Source: a virus (lineage: Duplodnaviria; Caudoviricetes). Taken from it: a DNA stretch of 32,971 nt. The notes under the pieces are model-generated. The model had not been told where the DNA came from. It did no database searches and was given only the letters and a program-made list of their open reading frames with translations. Both the position numbers and the translations under genes were made by a program. The DNA is taken from the IMG/VR virus record IMGVR_UViG_3300031606_000003, positions 1 to 32,971 of that record; one strand, written 5' to 3'. Within the stretch, counting starts at the first letter, position 1, and every line of letters starts with the position of its first letter. Below, in pieces: positions 15,299-25,416 of this stretch.

Positions 15299-15871
15299 AT
15301 GGCCGGAATCCCCAATCCAACTAGCGTACCGAGAAGCGTCGTCGCGGGCGACACTCTAAAGTTCAAGATAAGCAACTCCGACTTTTTAGCGTCGGCCGGT
15401 TGGACTTATAAGATTGTGCTAACGAGTTCGACTTCGCGCTTCGGCATATACTCGTCCGTCGCCGATAGCGACAACCATCAAATAACAATCGAAGAAGCAG
15501 TAACCGCAACATGGACGGCGGGCGAATACGAATATCAAGCTTACTTCGAGCATACCGGCGGCGACCGTTGGACGACCGACACCGGACGCTTCGAGGTTGT
15601 TTATGACGTAGCCGGTGGAAGCGGCAACAAAGACTTGCGCTCTCACGCGAAGACCGCACTCGACGCAATCGAGTCGGTACTGGAGTCGCGCGCTAGTCTC
15701 GACCAAATGAAATTTCAACTCGCCGGACGTTCGCTAGAAAGAACACCCGTCGAAGACTTGTTAAAGTTCCGCGAATACTATCGACGCGAAGTGCGCGCCG
15801 AAGAAAGGGCGGACAAAATATCAGACGGCAAATCTACCGGCAGTAGAATCCGCGTTCGTTTTCTCGATTAA
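15299..15871 (+). CDS. Head completion/adaptor protein (gpW-like C-terminus with beta-rich N-terminal domain)
   Basis: ALDAIESVLE..KFQLAGRSLERTPVEDLLKFREYYRREV; lies between terL and portal. Confidence 0.75.
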   Translation: MAGIPNPTSVPRSVVAGDTLKFKISNSDFLASAGWTYKIVLTSSTSRFGIYSSVADSDNHQITIEEAVTATWTAGEYEYQAYFEHTGGDRWTTDTGRFEVVYDVAGGSGNKDLRSHAKTALDAIESVLESRASLDQMKFQLAGRSLERTPVEDLLKFREYYRREVRAEERADKISDGKSTGSRIRVRFLD

Positions 15872-15877
15872 ATAGAA

Positions 15878-17392
15878 ATGGGTATCTTCGACTTTTTCCG
15901 CAGTAGTAATCCGACGCCGGCGAATACGTCTCGGCGTCCGCGCCGTCGCGCAAACATCTCCGGCGCGGCGAACTCCGCTCGCTCTTTCTTGTCCGGCGAC
16001 AACGACGACTTGTTCGCTAACTTTAAGGGAACGAACCTTACGGCCGACGGCGAGTTGTTTACTAGCTTGGTAAAAATGCGCGGGCGTTCCCGCAAGCTAT
16101 GCAACGACTCCGATTATGCGCGCAAGTATTTAGAACTTTGCAAGTCGAACGTGGTCGGTCATACTGGGGTTAAGCTAACGCCGAAGTCGCGTCGCAATCC
16201 TAACGAACTCGACCGCGAAGATAATCGCATCATCGTCGAAGCTTGGAAGAGTTGGGGTAGTCGCAAGAACTGCACGACGTCCGGCGCGTTGACTTGGCTC
16301 GACGTTCAGAATCTATTCATCGAGACAGTAGCGCGCGACGGCGAATGCTTAGTTAGACTGGTCGGCGGTTACGACAACGAGTTCGGTTTTGCTCTCCAAG
16401 TATTCGAGGGCGATTCGCTCGACGTTAATCTTAATCAAGAGTTATCGAACGGCAACTTCATCTCGCTCGGCATAGAAAAAAACTCATGGGGTAAGCCGGT
16501 CGCTTATTACTTTAAGAGCAAGTCGCGCACCGGCAACTCTTCGTATGAGTTCGCTACTGGAAATTACGAGCGCGTACCCGCCGAAGAAATAATTCATGGC
16601 TTCCGTTCTATGCGACCGAATCAGTCTCGCGGCGTTCCTTGGTTGAACACTTCAATACGCGCTCTAAAAATGCTCGACGGTTGGCTCGAAGCCGAACTAA
16701 CTGGCGCACGAATCGCCGCGTCGAAAATGGGATTTTATACGGAGAGCGAGGGCGCGGACGCTTACGTCGGCGACGATGTCGACTCCGACGGAACTCTTGT
16801 CTCCGAAGTAACGGCCGGCACGTTCGAGAAATTACCGGCGGGCGTATCCGTTTCAATGTTCGACCCGCAATATCCGAAAACGGAAGCGACCGACTTTGTG
16901 AAAGTTGTTCTCCGTTCTGCGGCGGCCGGCTTGGGCGTTTCATATAACTCACTAGCGAACGACTTGGAATCGACAAGCTATTCGTCAATGCGTTCGGGCG
17001 CACTCGAAGAACGCTCGACGTGGCGGTTGCTTCAAGCTTGGTTCATAGAGACATTATGCGACCGCGTTTACAAAGCGTGGCTCAAAGAAGCTTTGCTTCG
17101 CGACGCTTTCTCTCGACCGCTACCGGCGGCGAAGTACGACAAGTTCGCAGTCGTCGAATGGACGCCGCGAGGTTGGACGTGGGTCGACCCGTTGAAAGAC
17201 CAACAAGCGGCGAAGATAGGACTCGAACTCGGATTGACGACTCGCGAGGAAATCGCGGCGTCGCAAGGGAAGAGTTACGAAGACATCTTTGCGCAACTCG
17301 CGGAAGAGAACTTGCTCGCGGCGTCGCTCGGCGTTAGTGTGGAAGACAGCGAGCAAGACTCCCCAATGACGGAGAATAACAATGACAAATAA
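15878..17392 (+). CDS. Portal protein, lambda family
   Basis: MRGRSRKL..N, RDGECLV, RPNQSRGVPW, SYSSMRSGALE, WTWVDPLKD. Confidence 0.95.
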   Translation: MGIFDFFRSSNPTPANTSRRPRRRANISGAANSARSFLSGDNDDLFANFKGTNLTADGELFTSLVKMRGRSRKLCNDSDYARKYLELCKSNVVGHTGVKLTPKSRRNPNELDREDNRIIVEAWKSWGSRKNCTTSGALTWLDVQNLFIETVARDGECLVRLVGGYDNEFGFALQVFEGDSLDVNLNQELSNGNFISLGIEKNSWGKPVAYYFKSKSRTGNSSYEFATGNYERVPAEEIIHGFRSMRPNQSRGVPWLNTSIRALKMLDGWLEAELTGARIAASKMGFYTESEGADAYVGDDVDSDGTLVSEVTAGTFEKLPAGVSVSMFDPQYPKTEATDFVKVVLRSAAAGLGVSYNSLANDLESTSYSSMRSGALEERSTWRLLQAWFIETLCDRVYKAWLKEALLRDAFSRPLPAAKYDKFAVVEWTPRGWTWVDPLKDQQAAKIGLELGLTTREEIAASQGKSYEDIFAQLAEENLLAASLGVSVEDSEQDSPMTENNNDK

Positions 17393-19310
17393 CGAAGACA
17401 ATAATCAAGAACTCGAAGAGCGTCAGTTAAACACCGACACTATTCAGACCGGAACTTTCTACCGCGACTTAGCTTTTAATCGCGAAGAAATTGACGTCGA
17501 GAATAGAACCGTCTCGCTCGCGTTCTCTTCCGAAAATCCCGTCGAACGTTTCTTCGGCGAAGAGATTTTATCTCACGACCCTAGCGCGGTGCGCATGGGT
17601 CGTCTTAAAGACGGTGGAGCCTTGTTGGTCGACCACGACGCTCGCGACATCGTTGGCATCGTTGAGTCAGCCGACATAGGTGGCGACCGTCGAGGGCGCG
17701 CGACTGTTCGTTTTGGTAATTCAACTAGAGCGACGGAAGTGTGGCAAGACGTACAAGACGGAATCCGCCGACACGTTTCGGTCGGTTACGTTATTCACGA
17801 ACTGCAACAAGACGCGAAAAGAAACTCCGACGGACTCGACTCGTTTCGGGCGGTCGACTGGGAACCGTTAGAGGTTTCTCTCGTTTCAATACCGGCAGAT
17901 AATACCGTCGGAGTCGGACGCTCGTTAGAGCAAGTAGGCGAAGACATCTCAACAAAGGTTCTAAGAACCGAATCATCATCATCATCATCAATTAAAATCA
18001 TGTCAGATAACGACAACATAAAAGACGAGCAAATCGTCGCTCCTGTTGCTTCATCTCCAAGCCCGACCGATGTTCGCGTATTACGCGAAGACGTTCGACG
18101 CGGCGAAATGGAACGCATCAATTCAATCGAGACACTTGGCTCTAACCACAACAACGTCGAACTCGCTCGCGAGTTTATCGGAAGTGGTAAGTCAGTCGAC
18201 GACTTCAAGGGTGCGCTACTAGAGCGCGTTGCAAAGCCGGTCGCATCTAAGGACGCAGACGCCGGACTAAGTGATAACGAAGTTAAGCAATTCTCTTTCC
18301 GCAAAGCTATCAACGCTCTTGCAAATCCACACGACCGTCGCGCGCAAGAAGAAGCGGCGTTCGAGTTTGAGGCTTCACGCGCCGCGGCAGATAAAGCCGG
18401 CGTCGAGACTCGCGGCTTGCGCGTTCCGAACGAAGTTCTAAAGCGCGACCAACTTGTTGGTACAGCGACAGCGGGCGGACACTTGGTCGGCGAAGACACA
18501 ACCGGTTTCATCGACCGTCTAACTGCGACATCAATCGCAATGCAAAGAGGAACAACACTCGGCGGCTTAGTCGGCGACGTTGCAATCCCACGCATGACCG
18601 GCGGTTCGACTGCGTACTGGTTAGCCGAAGCCGGCGCGCCTACAGAAACAGCCGCGACGTTTGACCAAGTAAGTCTCTCTCCGAAAACCGTGGCCGGTTG
18701 GGTGGACATCTCTCGCAAACTAAGCAAGCAATCTAGTGTTGACGTCGAGTCTATGATTCGTAACGACTTGGCTCGCTCTCTTGGTCTAGCAATCGACGCC
18801 GCCGCCATTAACGGCGGGGGAACTAACGAGCCGAGCGGCATCTTGCAAACTTCCGGCATCGGTGCGGTTGCGGGTGGCGCGAACGGTCTTGCTCCCTCTT
18901 GGGCGAATATCGTAGACTTAGAAACTGCGGTTTCTCAAGACAACGCTCTCGGCGCAGATATGGGGTACTGGTCGAACTACAAAGTCGCCGGCAAGTTAAA
19001 GCAAGTCGAGAAGTCTTCCGGAAACGGCGACTACATATTTAACAGCGGCGAGGTAAATGGTTATAGCTTCGAGTTATCAAACCAAGTGCCTAGCACTTTA
19101 ACAAAGGGTACTTCATCGGGCGTTTGTTCCGCAATCATCTTCGGCAACTTTGCCGACTTGATTATCGGAATGTGGGGCGGACTAGACCTAACGGTCGACC
19201 CTTACTCCGAGTCAACGAAAGGCACGATTCGCGTTGTTGCTTTCCAAGACATGGACGTTGCTATTCGTCATGCCGAGTCGTTCGCGGCTATGCAAGACGC
19301 ATTAACGTAA
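17382..19310 (+). CDS. Fused HK97-type prohead protease - scaffold - major capsid protein
   Basis: AFSSE, LLVDHD, VSVGY, EVSLVSIPAD (protease); then GGHLV, AYWLAE, FDQVSLSPK, EPSGIL, IFGNFAD, VDPYS (HK97-fold capsid). Confidence 0.93.
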   Translation: MTNNEDNNQELEERQLNTDTIQTGTFYRDLAFNREEIDVENRTVSLAFSSENPVERFFGEEILSHDPSAVRMGRLKDGGALLVDHDARDIVGIVESADIGGDRRGRATVRFGNSTRATEVWQDVQDGIRRHVSVGYVIHELQQDAKRNSDGLDSFRAVDWEPLEVSLVSIPADNTVGVGRSLEQVGEDISTKVLRTESSSSSSIKIMSDNDNIKDEQIVAPVASSPSPTDVRVLREDVRRGEMERINSIETLGSNHNNVELAREFIGSGKSVDDFKGALLERVAKPVASKDADAGLSDNEVKQFSFRKAINALANPHDRRAQEEAAFEFEASRAAADKAGVETRGLRVPNEVLKRDQLVGTATAGGHLVGEDTTGFIDRLTATSIAMQRGTTLGGLVGDVAIPRMTGGSTAYWLAEAGAPTETAATFDQVSLSPKTVAGWVDISRKLSKQSSVDVESMIRNDLARSLGLAIDAAAINGGGTNEPSGILQTSGIGAVAGGANGLAPSWANIVDLETAVSQDNALGADMGYWSNYKVAGKLKQVEKSSGNGDYIFNSGEVNGYSFELSNQVPSTLTKGTSSGVCSAIIFGNFADLIIGMWGGLDLTVDPYSESTKGTIRVVAFQDMDVAIRHAESFAAMQDALT

Positions 19311-19340
19311 TCTCCTTCTTAGTAGGTTTAATTTTGTTTT

Positions 19341-19371
19341 ACCGAGGGCGGGTTCGCTCGCTCTCGGTTTT
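19341..19371 (+). terminator. Terminator/attenuator after the capsid gene
   Basis: ACCGAGGGCGGG-TTCG-CTCGCTCTCGGT then a short T run. Confidence 0.7.
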
Positions 19372-19387
19372 ACCACCAAAAAAAATC

Positions 19388-19591
19388 ATGGCACAAATAA
19401 AAATCATAGCAAACACTTTCTGCGGCGGACTCTTTTTAGAGAGCGGTTCAGAATACGAAGTTACCGCAGACGACGCAATCCGTCTTGTCGGTTTAGGAAA
19501 AGCAATCATGCTCGACAAGCGCAAGTTGCCGGCCGCAAAAAAGAAGTCGACCAAGACAAAAATCGTCGACGCAATAAAGAAGAAAAAGTAA
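19388..19591 (+). CDS. Small capsid-associated protein
   Basis: AAAAATCATG start; GSEYEVTADDAIRLVGLGKA plus Lys-rich tail; usual post-capsid position. Confidence 0.7.
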   Translation: MAQIKIIANTFCGGLFLESGSEYEVTADDAIRLVGLGKAIMLDKRKLPAAKKKSTKTKIVDAIKKKK

Positions 19592-19882
19592 ATGGCTTTT
19601 ACCGAAGACTTGTCGCAATATTTTAACACCGAAGACTTCGGTGTTGTTGCTTCGTTTACTTCGGGCGGAACGGCTTATACCGCGAACGGAATCTTCGAGA
19701 ATATTTACTCCGAAGACCTAAGCGTCAACGGAACCGTACCGACTTTCGCTTGCGTCGAATCCGAAGTCTCCGCGCTTGCGGTCGACGCGACTTGCTCAAT
19801 CAACTCGACGACTTATTACGTCCGCATAAAGAAGCCGGACGGAACGGGCGCGACTTTAATCGTACTGGAGAAATCTATCTAA
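19592..19882 (+). CDS. Head-tail joining protein (gpFII-like)
   Basis: EDLSQYFNTEDFG..GIFE..PDGTGATLIVL; synteny. Confidence 0.8.
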   Translation: MAFTEDLSQYFNTEDFGVVASFTSGGTAYTANGIFENIYSEDLSVNGTVPTFACVESEVSALAVDATCSINSTTYYVRIKKPDGTGATLIVLEKSI

Positions 19883-20304
19883 TGGCGCACCCACGCTCCG
19901 ACATACGAAAGAAGTTCGTCTCGTTATTAGTTAGTCAGACCGACGCCGGCACTCGCGTACACGACTCGCGGACTCAACCGATAACAACGCTTCCGGCAAT
20001 CCGCGTACACGCGACCGCCGACTCTTTCGTCGAGTGGCGTTCGTTAGGACACGCGGCGCATCGAAGCGTCAGCATCGCCGTCGAGTGTTTAGTCTCCGGC
20101 AACAACGAAGTAACGACGACCGACGCTTGCGATACTTTGTGCCGGCAAGTCGAACAACGTCTCGACGCATATCCGGACGTCGACGGAACCGCGCTTCTTC
20201 GCGTTTATAACTCGACCGACTTCGACACGAATGGCGACGTCGACCCGCCGGTCGTAATCGGAACCGTTACTTTCGACGTCGAATATCTCGACGACTTCTC
20301 TTAA
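19882..20304 (+). CDS. Tail terminator protein (gpU-like)
   Basis: MAHPRSDIRK..RVHDSR..LPAIRV..DTLCRQVEQRL..FDVEY; TAATG coupling. Confidence 0.78.
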   Translation: MAHPRSDIRKKFVSLLVSQTDAGTRVHDSRTQPITTLPAIRVHATADSFVEWRSLGHAAHRSVSIAVECLVSGNNEVTTTDACDTLCRQVEQRLDAYPDVDGTALLRVYNSTDFDTNGDVDPPVVIGTVTFDVEYLDDFS

Positions 20305-20315
20305 TCATTAACATC

Positions 20316-20525
20316 ATGGTCAACATCAAAAACACTTCTCCGCTAAAGTCGGCTCTCCAAATCGAGGGCAAGACGGTAGCATTCGGCGACGTTATCGACG
20401 TACCGAAAAACATAGCGGACTATCTCGTCGCGACACCTAACTTCTCGAAAGCGTCTCTCGACGATACAAAGAAAAACAAGGCCGCGAAGAACTCTTCATT
20501 AACATCGTCGCAAGACACAATCTAA
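20316..20525 (+). CDS. Small virion-module protein
   Basis: GDVIDVPKNIADYLV; lies between terminator and tube genes. Confidence 0.65.
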   Translation: MVNIKNTSPLKSALQIEGKTVAFGDVIDVPKNIADYLVATPNFSKASLDDTKKNKAAKNSSLTSSQDTI

Positions 20526-20534
20526 AAAATAATC

Positions 20535-21599
20535 ATGGTCAAAATCGGAACCGGTTTTTCTATCGGCTATATGGAAGAGTCAACGTGGGGAACCGCGGCT
20601 TCTACTGTAGCGCATAATCTCGACCCGCGTGGTGGTATGGAATCGTTGCAAGGCGAAGTCGACCACATAACACCGGAGTCTCTCTCTTTCCGCGGCATGG
20701 ACTCGTCGCAGTTCGTCGCGGGAATGCGTCGCGTAAGCGGCAACGTAACGCACGACCTACGCTTCGGCGGCGGTTGGCCGATGTTCCTTTCGCATCTAAC
20801 GGGGCATAAGTTCTCGACGACCGGCGCGGCATCTCCTTACACGCATACAACGCAACTCGGAATGGACTTGTCTCTCGGAACGGTTCAACCACAAACGCGC
20901 GGCATCACTTTCTTAGTTGACCGCGAGGGTTCTAACGCAAGCGCATCAACAAAAGCTTGGAAGTATTCGGGTTGTCGTCCGACGGCTTGCGATATGACTT
21001 TTGCGCAAGGTTCAATCGCAACGGCGAGTTGGGAGTTCGTCGGCAAAGACGTCGAGAACGCAACGTTGCCGGCGAGCGTAGCGTTACCGACTAACGACTA
21101 CATCACGAACCCGTCAGCGGGTGGCGGAACTCTTGTTAAGTCTGTCAAGTTCGGAACCGACGGTTCCGAGACTGGCTACGATGTTCGCTCTATGAGTCTG
21201 CATCTTGAACAAGCTACGGCCGAGCGTCGCAACTTAGAAGACGCGACGCAACTCCAACCTGTCGCCGGCGGTAATTTTATCGCAAGCGGTTCGTTCGAGA
21301 TTGAAGCACCGGACAACGTCGCGGCGTTCGACGCATTTACTGCGGCGTACCGCGCACTAACAACTAACTCTCTAGTTATGACGGTTGAGGGCGCAGTATT
21401 AACTGGAAGCACCAACGCTTCGTTGGCGTTCGACTTTCCAAAGGTGCGCGTTACTAACGTGGGCGAGCCGCAAGTGGCCGACCATGGATTGATTCTTCGT
21501 ACCGTCGAATGGGAAGCCGTTTACTCCGGCACTCCCGCGACCGGCGTTGGAACTTGTACTCTAATTACTTCCGACGCGGTCGGGTATACAGCGGCTTAA
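20535..21599 (+). CDS. Major tail tube protein
   Basis: IGYMEESTWGTA N-terminus, YTHT, YSGC..WEFVG; position before tail chaperones. Confidence 0.85.
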   Translation: MVKIGTGFSIGYMEESTWGTAASTVAHNLDPRGGMESLQGEVDHITPESLSFRGMDSSQFVAGMRRVSGNVTHDLRFGGGWPMFLSHLTGHKFSTTGAASPYTHTTQLGMDLSLGTVQPQTRGITFLVDREGSNASASTKAWKYSGCRPTACDMTFAQGSIATASWEFVGKDVENATLPASVALPTNDYITNPSAGGGTLVKSVKFGTDGSETGYDVRSMSLHLEQATAERRNLEDATQLQPVAGGNFIASGSFEIEAPDNVAAFDAFTAAYRALTTNSLVMTVEGAVLTGSTNASLAFDFPKVRVTNVGEPQVADHGLILRTVEWEAVYSGTPATGVGTCTLITSDAVGYTAA

Positions 21600-21616
21600 T
21601 CTGCTAAAATGTTGGC

Positions 21617-21916
21617 ATGACAAAAGACTCTAAAGAATCTCTCGACCTAGGCAACGGACACGAACTCACGTTCGGCCGTCTCGTTGCTTGGGATTTACTG
21701 GCCGTACAAAAAGAACTCGGAACGACGCTCGACAAGGCGGATAGTTTCGAGTCGAGTCTCGCGCTATCATGGCGCGCGGCAAAGCATGGCGGATTCGAGG
21801 GAGACTTTGAGGACTTTTGTCGCGTCGTACCTATGGACAAGCTAGAAGAAGTTTCGGCGGCGGCGGCTCCGTTCTTGGGAAAGAACGTCGCTCCGTTGGA
21901 GGACTCGGACTCTTGA
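21617..21916 (+). CDS. Tail assembly chaperone (gpG-like)
   Basis: Between tube and tape measure genes; ends just after an in-frame G GGA AAG. Confidence 0.8.
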   Translation: MTKDSKESLDLGNGHELTFGRLVAWDLLAVQKELGTTLDKADSFESSLALSWRAAKHGGFEGDFEDFCRVVPMDKLEEVSAAAAPFLGKNVAPLEDSDS

Positions 21917-22107
21917 TTCTTTTGCGCAACGGTGTCAGCGTCGGCGACTTGCGGACGCTCGACATCGACGACGCGCAAACATTACTAGAAATAATTTTAG
22001 ATAGTCGCGACGAAGACTCGGCGCAATTATCTAAGTTCTTAAAATCGCCGAAAGGACGCGGCGTACAAGCGGTCGTCGAAGTTGCATCGGCCGGCCGTCC
22101 GTACTAA
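21617..22107 (+). CDS. Frameshift-extended chaperone (gpGT-like)
   Basis: The -1 frame is open from the slippery site to TAA at 22107, 8 nt before the tape measure start. Confidence 0.8.
21877..21883 (+). other. Programmed -1 frameshift site
   Basis: G GGA AAG in the X XXY YYZ register, identical to the lambda G/T slippery heptamer. Confidence 0.85.
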
Positions 22108-22115
22108 GTAGAATC

Positions 22116-24593
22116 ATGGCCACAGAAAAGAGCATTAAGTACAAACTAAGTATGAAAGACGGAACGTCTTCTGTACTTAAAAAAGTATCGAAGCAAGTAA
22201 AGGCCAACCAAAAAAGCTTTCGCAATCTAACCGACTCGCTTGCGAAAATGACGATTATCGGAACCGGTGTTTCGAGAGCGTTAAATAAAATCGGTCAAGT
22301 CGGAGCGCGAGTCGCGACCGAGACGGTCGGTAAGTTTATGGAGTTCGAGAAAGGTATGGCGGAAGTCGCCACCATTACGAACTTGACCGAGAGCGAAATG
22401 GCGAATCTCGGAACCGAGATACAAAAGTTCTCGCGCACTTATGCGGTCGACGCTAACGACGCGGCGAAAGCTTTATACATGACAATCTCGGCGGGAACCG
22501 ACGCGACGAACGGCGGCACGAAAGCGTTCGAGGTAATGGGTCAAGCTATCAAGTTCGGCAAGGCCGCGCTCGTCGACGCTTCAACTTCCGTCGACTTAAT
22601 GACGACGGTTCTTAACTCTTACGGAATGGAAGCCGAAGACGCGACGAAAGTCTCGGACATATTATTTACGACGATTAAGTTAGGTAAAACTACCGGCGAA
22701 GAACTTGCCGGCTCAATGGGTCGAGTAACTTCAATCGCATCGGCGGCCGGAGTATCGTTCGAGGACTTGTCCGGTGCAATGGTAATGCTAACACGCGCCG
22801 GACTCTCGACGGAAGAAGCGACGACGTCTTTGCGCTCTTTGATTGTTTCAATCGTGAAGCCGACCGAACAAGCGAAAGAAGCAATCGGCGACCTTGGCTT
22901 GTCGTTGTTTAACGAACGAACTCTCGCAAGCGAGGGCGGGTTGTTTAAGGTACTAGAACAACTCAACGAGAAAGCCGGCGACTCGGTAGGAAAACTCGGT
23001 TCGGTTATACCAAATATTCGCGCATTGACTGGCGCGCTTGCGGCGGCGGGTCAGCAAAAAGACGTTCCGGATATTTTGGCGCAGATAGGAAACGCGAGCG
23101 GTAACACCGACATCGCGTTAGAAAAAATGACGCGGACGTTCGCGTTCCGGTGGGAGCAACTTATCGCGCAATTCGACTCGTTGAAAACGAGGTTCGGCGA
23201 AATCTTTGCGTCGAGTGAAGTTCTTAGCGGAGCGATAAAAGGAATCGGCGAAGCGATAGAAAATACTATCGAGCATCTCAAAGAGGGCGGCGAGGGAGCG
23301 GAAGAGTTCGGCAAAACGATAGACTCTTTCTTGCAAACCGCTCTTCCGGCTATGGTTCGCGGATTCGGAACTATGGTCAAAGTAATCGGCGGCCTTGTTA
23401 TCGGCCTTTACGAAATGACCGACCACCCGTTTTTTGGCGGAGACTTCTTCGGCGAATTAGTAAGAGTCGAAACAGAAACCGGCACGACTTGGGCGCGAGT
23501 TACTTCCGACATAGAAGCGCGGTCAGACGCCGCAAGAGAGACAATCGCGGGTCTTGGTAATATGTTCAACGAGTTGGCGGTAACAATGGAGGGTAGCGCG
23601 CAAGCCGCGCAAGAAGCGGCGGAAATGGATAAGGTTTTATCGTTCACTCGCGAGACAGTATCAGCGGCGACCGAAAAAGCCGCGGCCGGCATAGAGAAGA
23701 CGACCGATGCAATGGCCGCCGGAACTAAAGACACGAAAGCGTCGGCGGCAGAATGGTCGTCGTTCGAGGATAATGTAAACGCGGCGGCGAGTACGATAAC
23801 AAAAGCCGGCGGAATGATACCGGCAATTAGCGAGACAGCAACCGCAATCGAGACGGCCGTTCATCAAGTCGACAATCTTAAGCATCAGTTTCTCGGAACG
23901 GTAACGGCGGCGATGGACTTGCGCGGTCTTGCCGACGGACTGGGCGCGGCGTTCGCTAGTTCGATGTCGCCGGCACTCGGCGAGGTAACGACTTGGCTCG
24001 ACGACTTGTTCGACCGACTCGGCGAATGGGGAACGGAACTAAGCACGACGCTACAAGACGCGGTCGCCGGTTGGTACACGACCAAGCACGAATTGGAAGT
24101 ACTCGACGCGGCGCGAAGCCAAGACATACACGCGGCAAGTGCGTCGCAAGCGGCGGCAATAACTAACTCCGCAGTCGCGGCAATCATGCCGAGTCTTTCG
24201 GCGGCGGCGACAGCCGCGTTGATAATGACCGAGGGCGGCGCGCAAGTTCACGCGGGATTATTGCCGGCACTACTCGCGGCGGCGGCGGCGCAAGGCGCGG
24301 CGTTCGCGGCGTTCGCAGACGGTGGTCGCGTAACATCTCCGACGCTCGCTCTAATCGGCGAAGCGGGAGACGAGACAATCATACCGGAGACGCGCACCGG
24401 ACGAGCGAGAGACGTTCTTTCAGACTTAGCGTCTCGTCGACCGGAGTTGTTCGCCGGCGGCTCACGCGGCGCGGGTGGCAACGTTACGAGCAATAACATA
24501 AACATAAGCGTCGAGGGTGGCGGCGGCGACGAGGGAATCGCCGAGCGCATCGCGGACGAAGTAGACCGGATACTCGGTCGGAGAATTAGCTAA
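22116..24593 (+). CDS. Tail tape measure protein (TP901-like core)
   Basis: 825 aa, Ala-rich; FEKGMAEVATIT, GKTTGEELAGSMG; C-terminal FADGGRVTSPTLALIGEAGDETIIP. Confidence 0.93.
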   Translation: MATEKSIKYKLSMKDGTSSVLKKVSKQVKANQKSFRNLTDSLAKMTIIGTGVSRALNKIGQVGARVATETVGKFMEFEKGMAEVATITNLTESEMANLGTEIQKFSRTYAVDANDAAKALYMTISAGTDATNGGTKAFEVMGQAIKFGKAALVDASTSVDLMTTVLNSYGMEAEDATKVSDILFTTIKLGKTTGEELAGSMGRVTSIASAAGVSFEDLSGAMVMLTRAGLSTEEATTSLRSLIVSIVKPTEQAKEAIGDLGLSLFNERTLASEGGLFKVLEQLNEKAGDSVGKLGSVIPNIRALTGALAAAGQQKDVPDILAQIGNASGNTDIALEKMTRTFAFRWEQLIAQFDSLKTRFGEIFASSEVLSGAIKGIGEAIENTIEHLKEGGEGAEEFGKTIDSFLQTALPAMVRGFGTMVKVIGGLVIGLYEMTDHPFFGGDFFGELVRVETETGTTWARVTSDIEARSDAARETIAGLGNMFNELAVTMEGSAQAAQEAAEMDKVLSFTRETVSAATEKAAAGIEKTTDAMAAGTKDTKASAAEWSSFEDNVNAAASTITKAGGMIPAISETATAIETAVHQVDNLKHQFLGTVTAAMDLRGLADGLGAAFASSMSPALGEVTTWLDDLFDRLGEWGTELSTTLQDAVAGWYTTKHELEVLDAARSQDIHAASASQAAAITNSAVAAIMPSLSAAATAALIMTEGGAQVHAGLLPALLAAAAAQGAAFAAFADGGRVTSPTLALIGEAGDETIIPETRTGRARDVLSDLASRRPELFAGGSRGAGGNVTSNNINISVEGGGGDEGIAERIADEVDRILGRRIS

Positions 24594-25414
24594 TGAGTTG
24601 GACGATAACATTTGACGGAAACGCGCTCGACGAAAGCATCGGAGCTTCAATCGACAAGGTTCGCGATACGCCGGTAACAAAGATAAAAGAAACCGGCTTG
24701 CTCTCGGACGGCTCCGCAATCGAGCAGTACTCGAAACGCGGTCGACGTATAACACTTAGCGGAACCGTAATCGGAACAAGCACGACGCAACTCGACACTA
24801 GAGTTAGTAATATTGTCGAGTCGTTTTCTAATCCGTCGGGCGGAGTGTTGTCGCTTTCAGCCGGTCGAGAGATATATGCGTATCCGAAACTCGGCTCGAT
24901 AGAATTAGTTAAGGGCGCGTCGAATCTCGCGCTAACTTTCTCGGTCGAACTTTATACGGAATCTCCTTACTGGCGGTCGACGACAGTAACGACCGAAGAT
25001 ATTCATCTCGCGACGTTGTCGGCCAACTCTACGACGGCGACGGTGGCTTATGCGGGAACGGCTCCGGTTCGACCGGTAATCCAAATAAAGCAACACGCGT
25101 CGGCCGCGGCCGCGGTGCGCGACCCGCTAGTGTTAAGCATAGGAAACATCTCGCTCGACTCTCCGGAATATATTAAAATAACGAACGCGGCACTCGGCAA
25201 CCTAGCCGATATTATAGTTTTGGACGGAACGGACGAGTCGGTCTATCTAAAGAACGACACTTCGTCTTCGACCAAACCGCCAAGGAGAATCGACGGCGCG
25301 TTCTTCCGGTTACAAAAAGGAGACAATACAATCTTTCTCGACGCGCATACTACCGGCGGGCATATAACGGCGTCATTGATTTATAGAGAGACTTTTTACT
25401 CGTCGGGTTTTTAA
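24593..25414 (+). CDS. Distal tail protein (Dit-like)
   Basis: RRITLSG, ESPYW, GTAPVRPVIQI, FFRLQKGDNTI; follows the tape measure gene. Confidence 0.82.
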   Translation: MSWTITFDGNALDESIGASIDKVRDTPVTKIKETGLLSDGSAIEQYSKRGRRITLSGTVIGTSTTQLDTRVSNIVESFSNPSGGVLSLSAGREIYAYPKLGSIELVKGASNLALTFSVELYTESPYWRSTTVTTEDIHLATLSANSTTATVAYAGTAPVRPVIQIKQHASAAAAVRDPLVLSIGNISLDSPEYIKITNAALGNLADIIVLDGTDESVYLKNDTSSSTKPPRRIDGAFFRLQKGDNTIFLDAHTTGGHITASLIYRETFYSSGF

Positions 25415-25416
25415 TC

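Noticed and set aside
17795-18859. 354-aa antisense ORF and many other overlapping ORFs in the track
   Set aside because: Shadows of real genes caused by codon bias; no motifs or start context.
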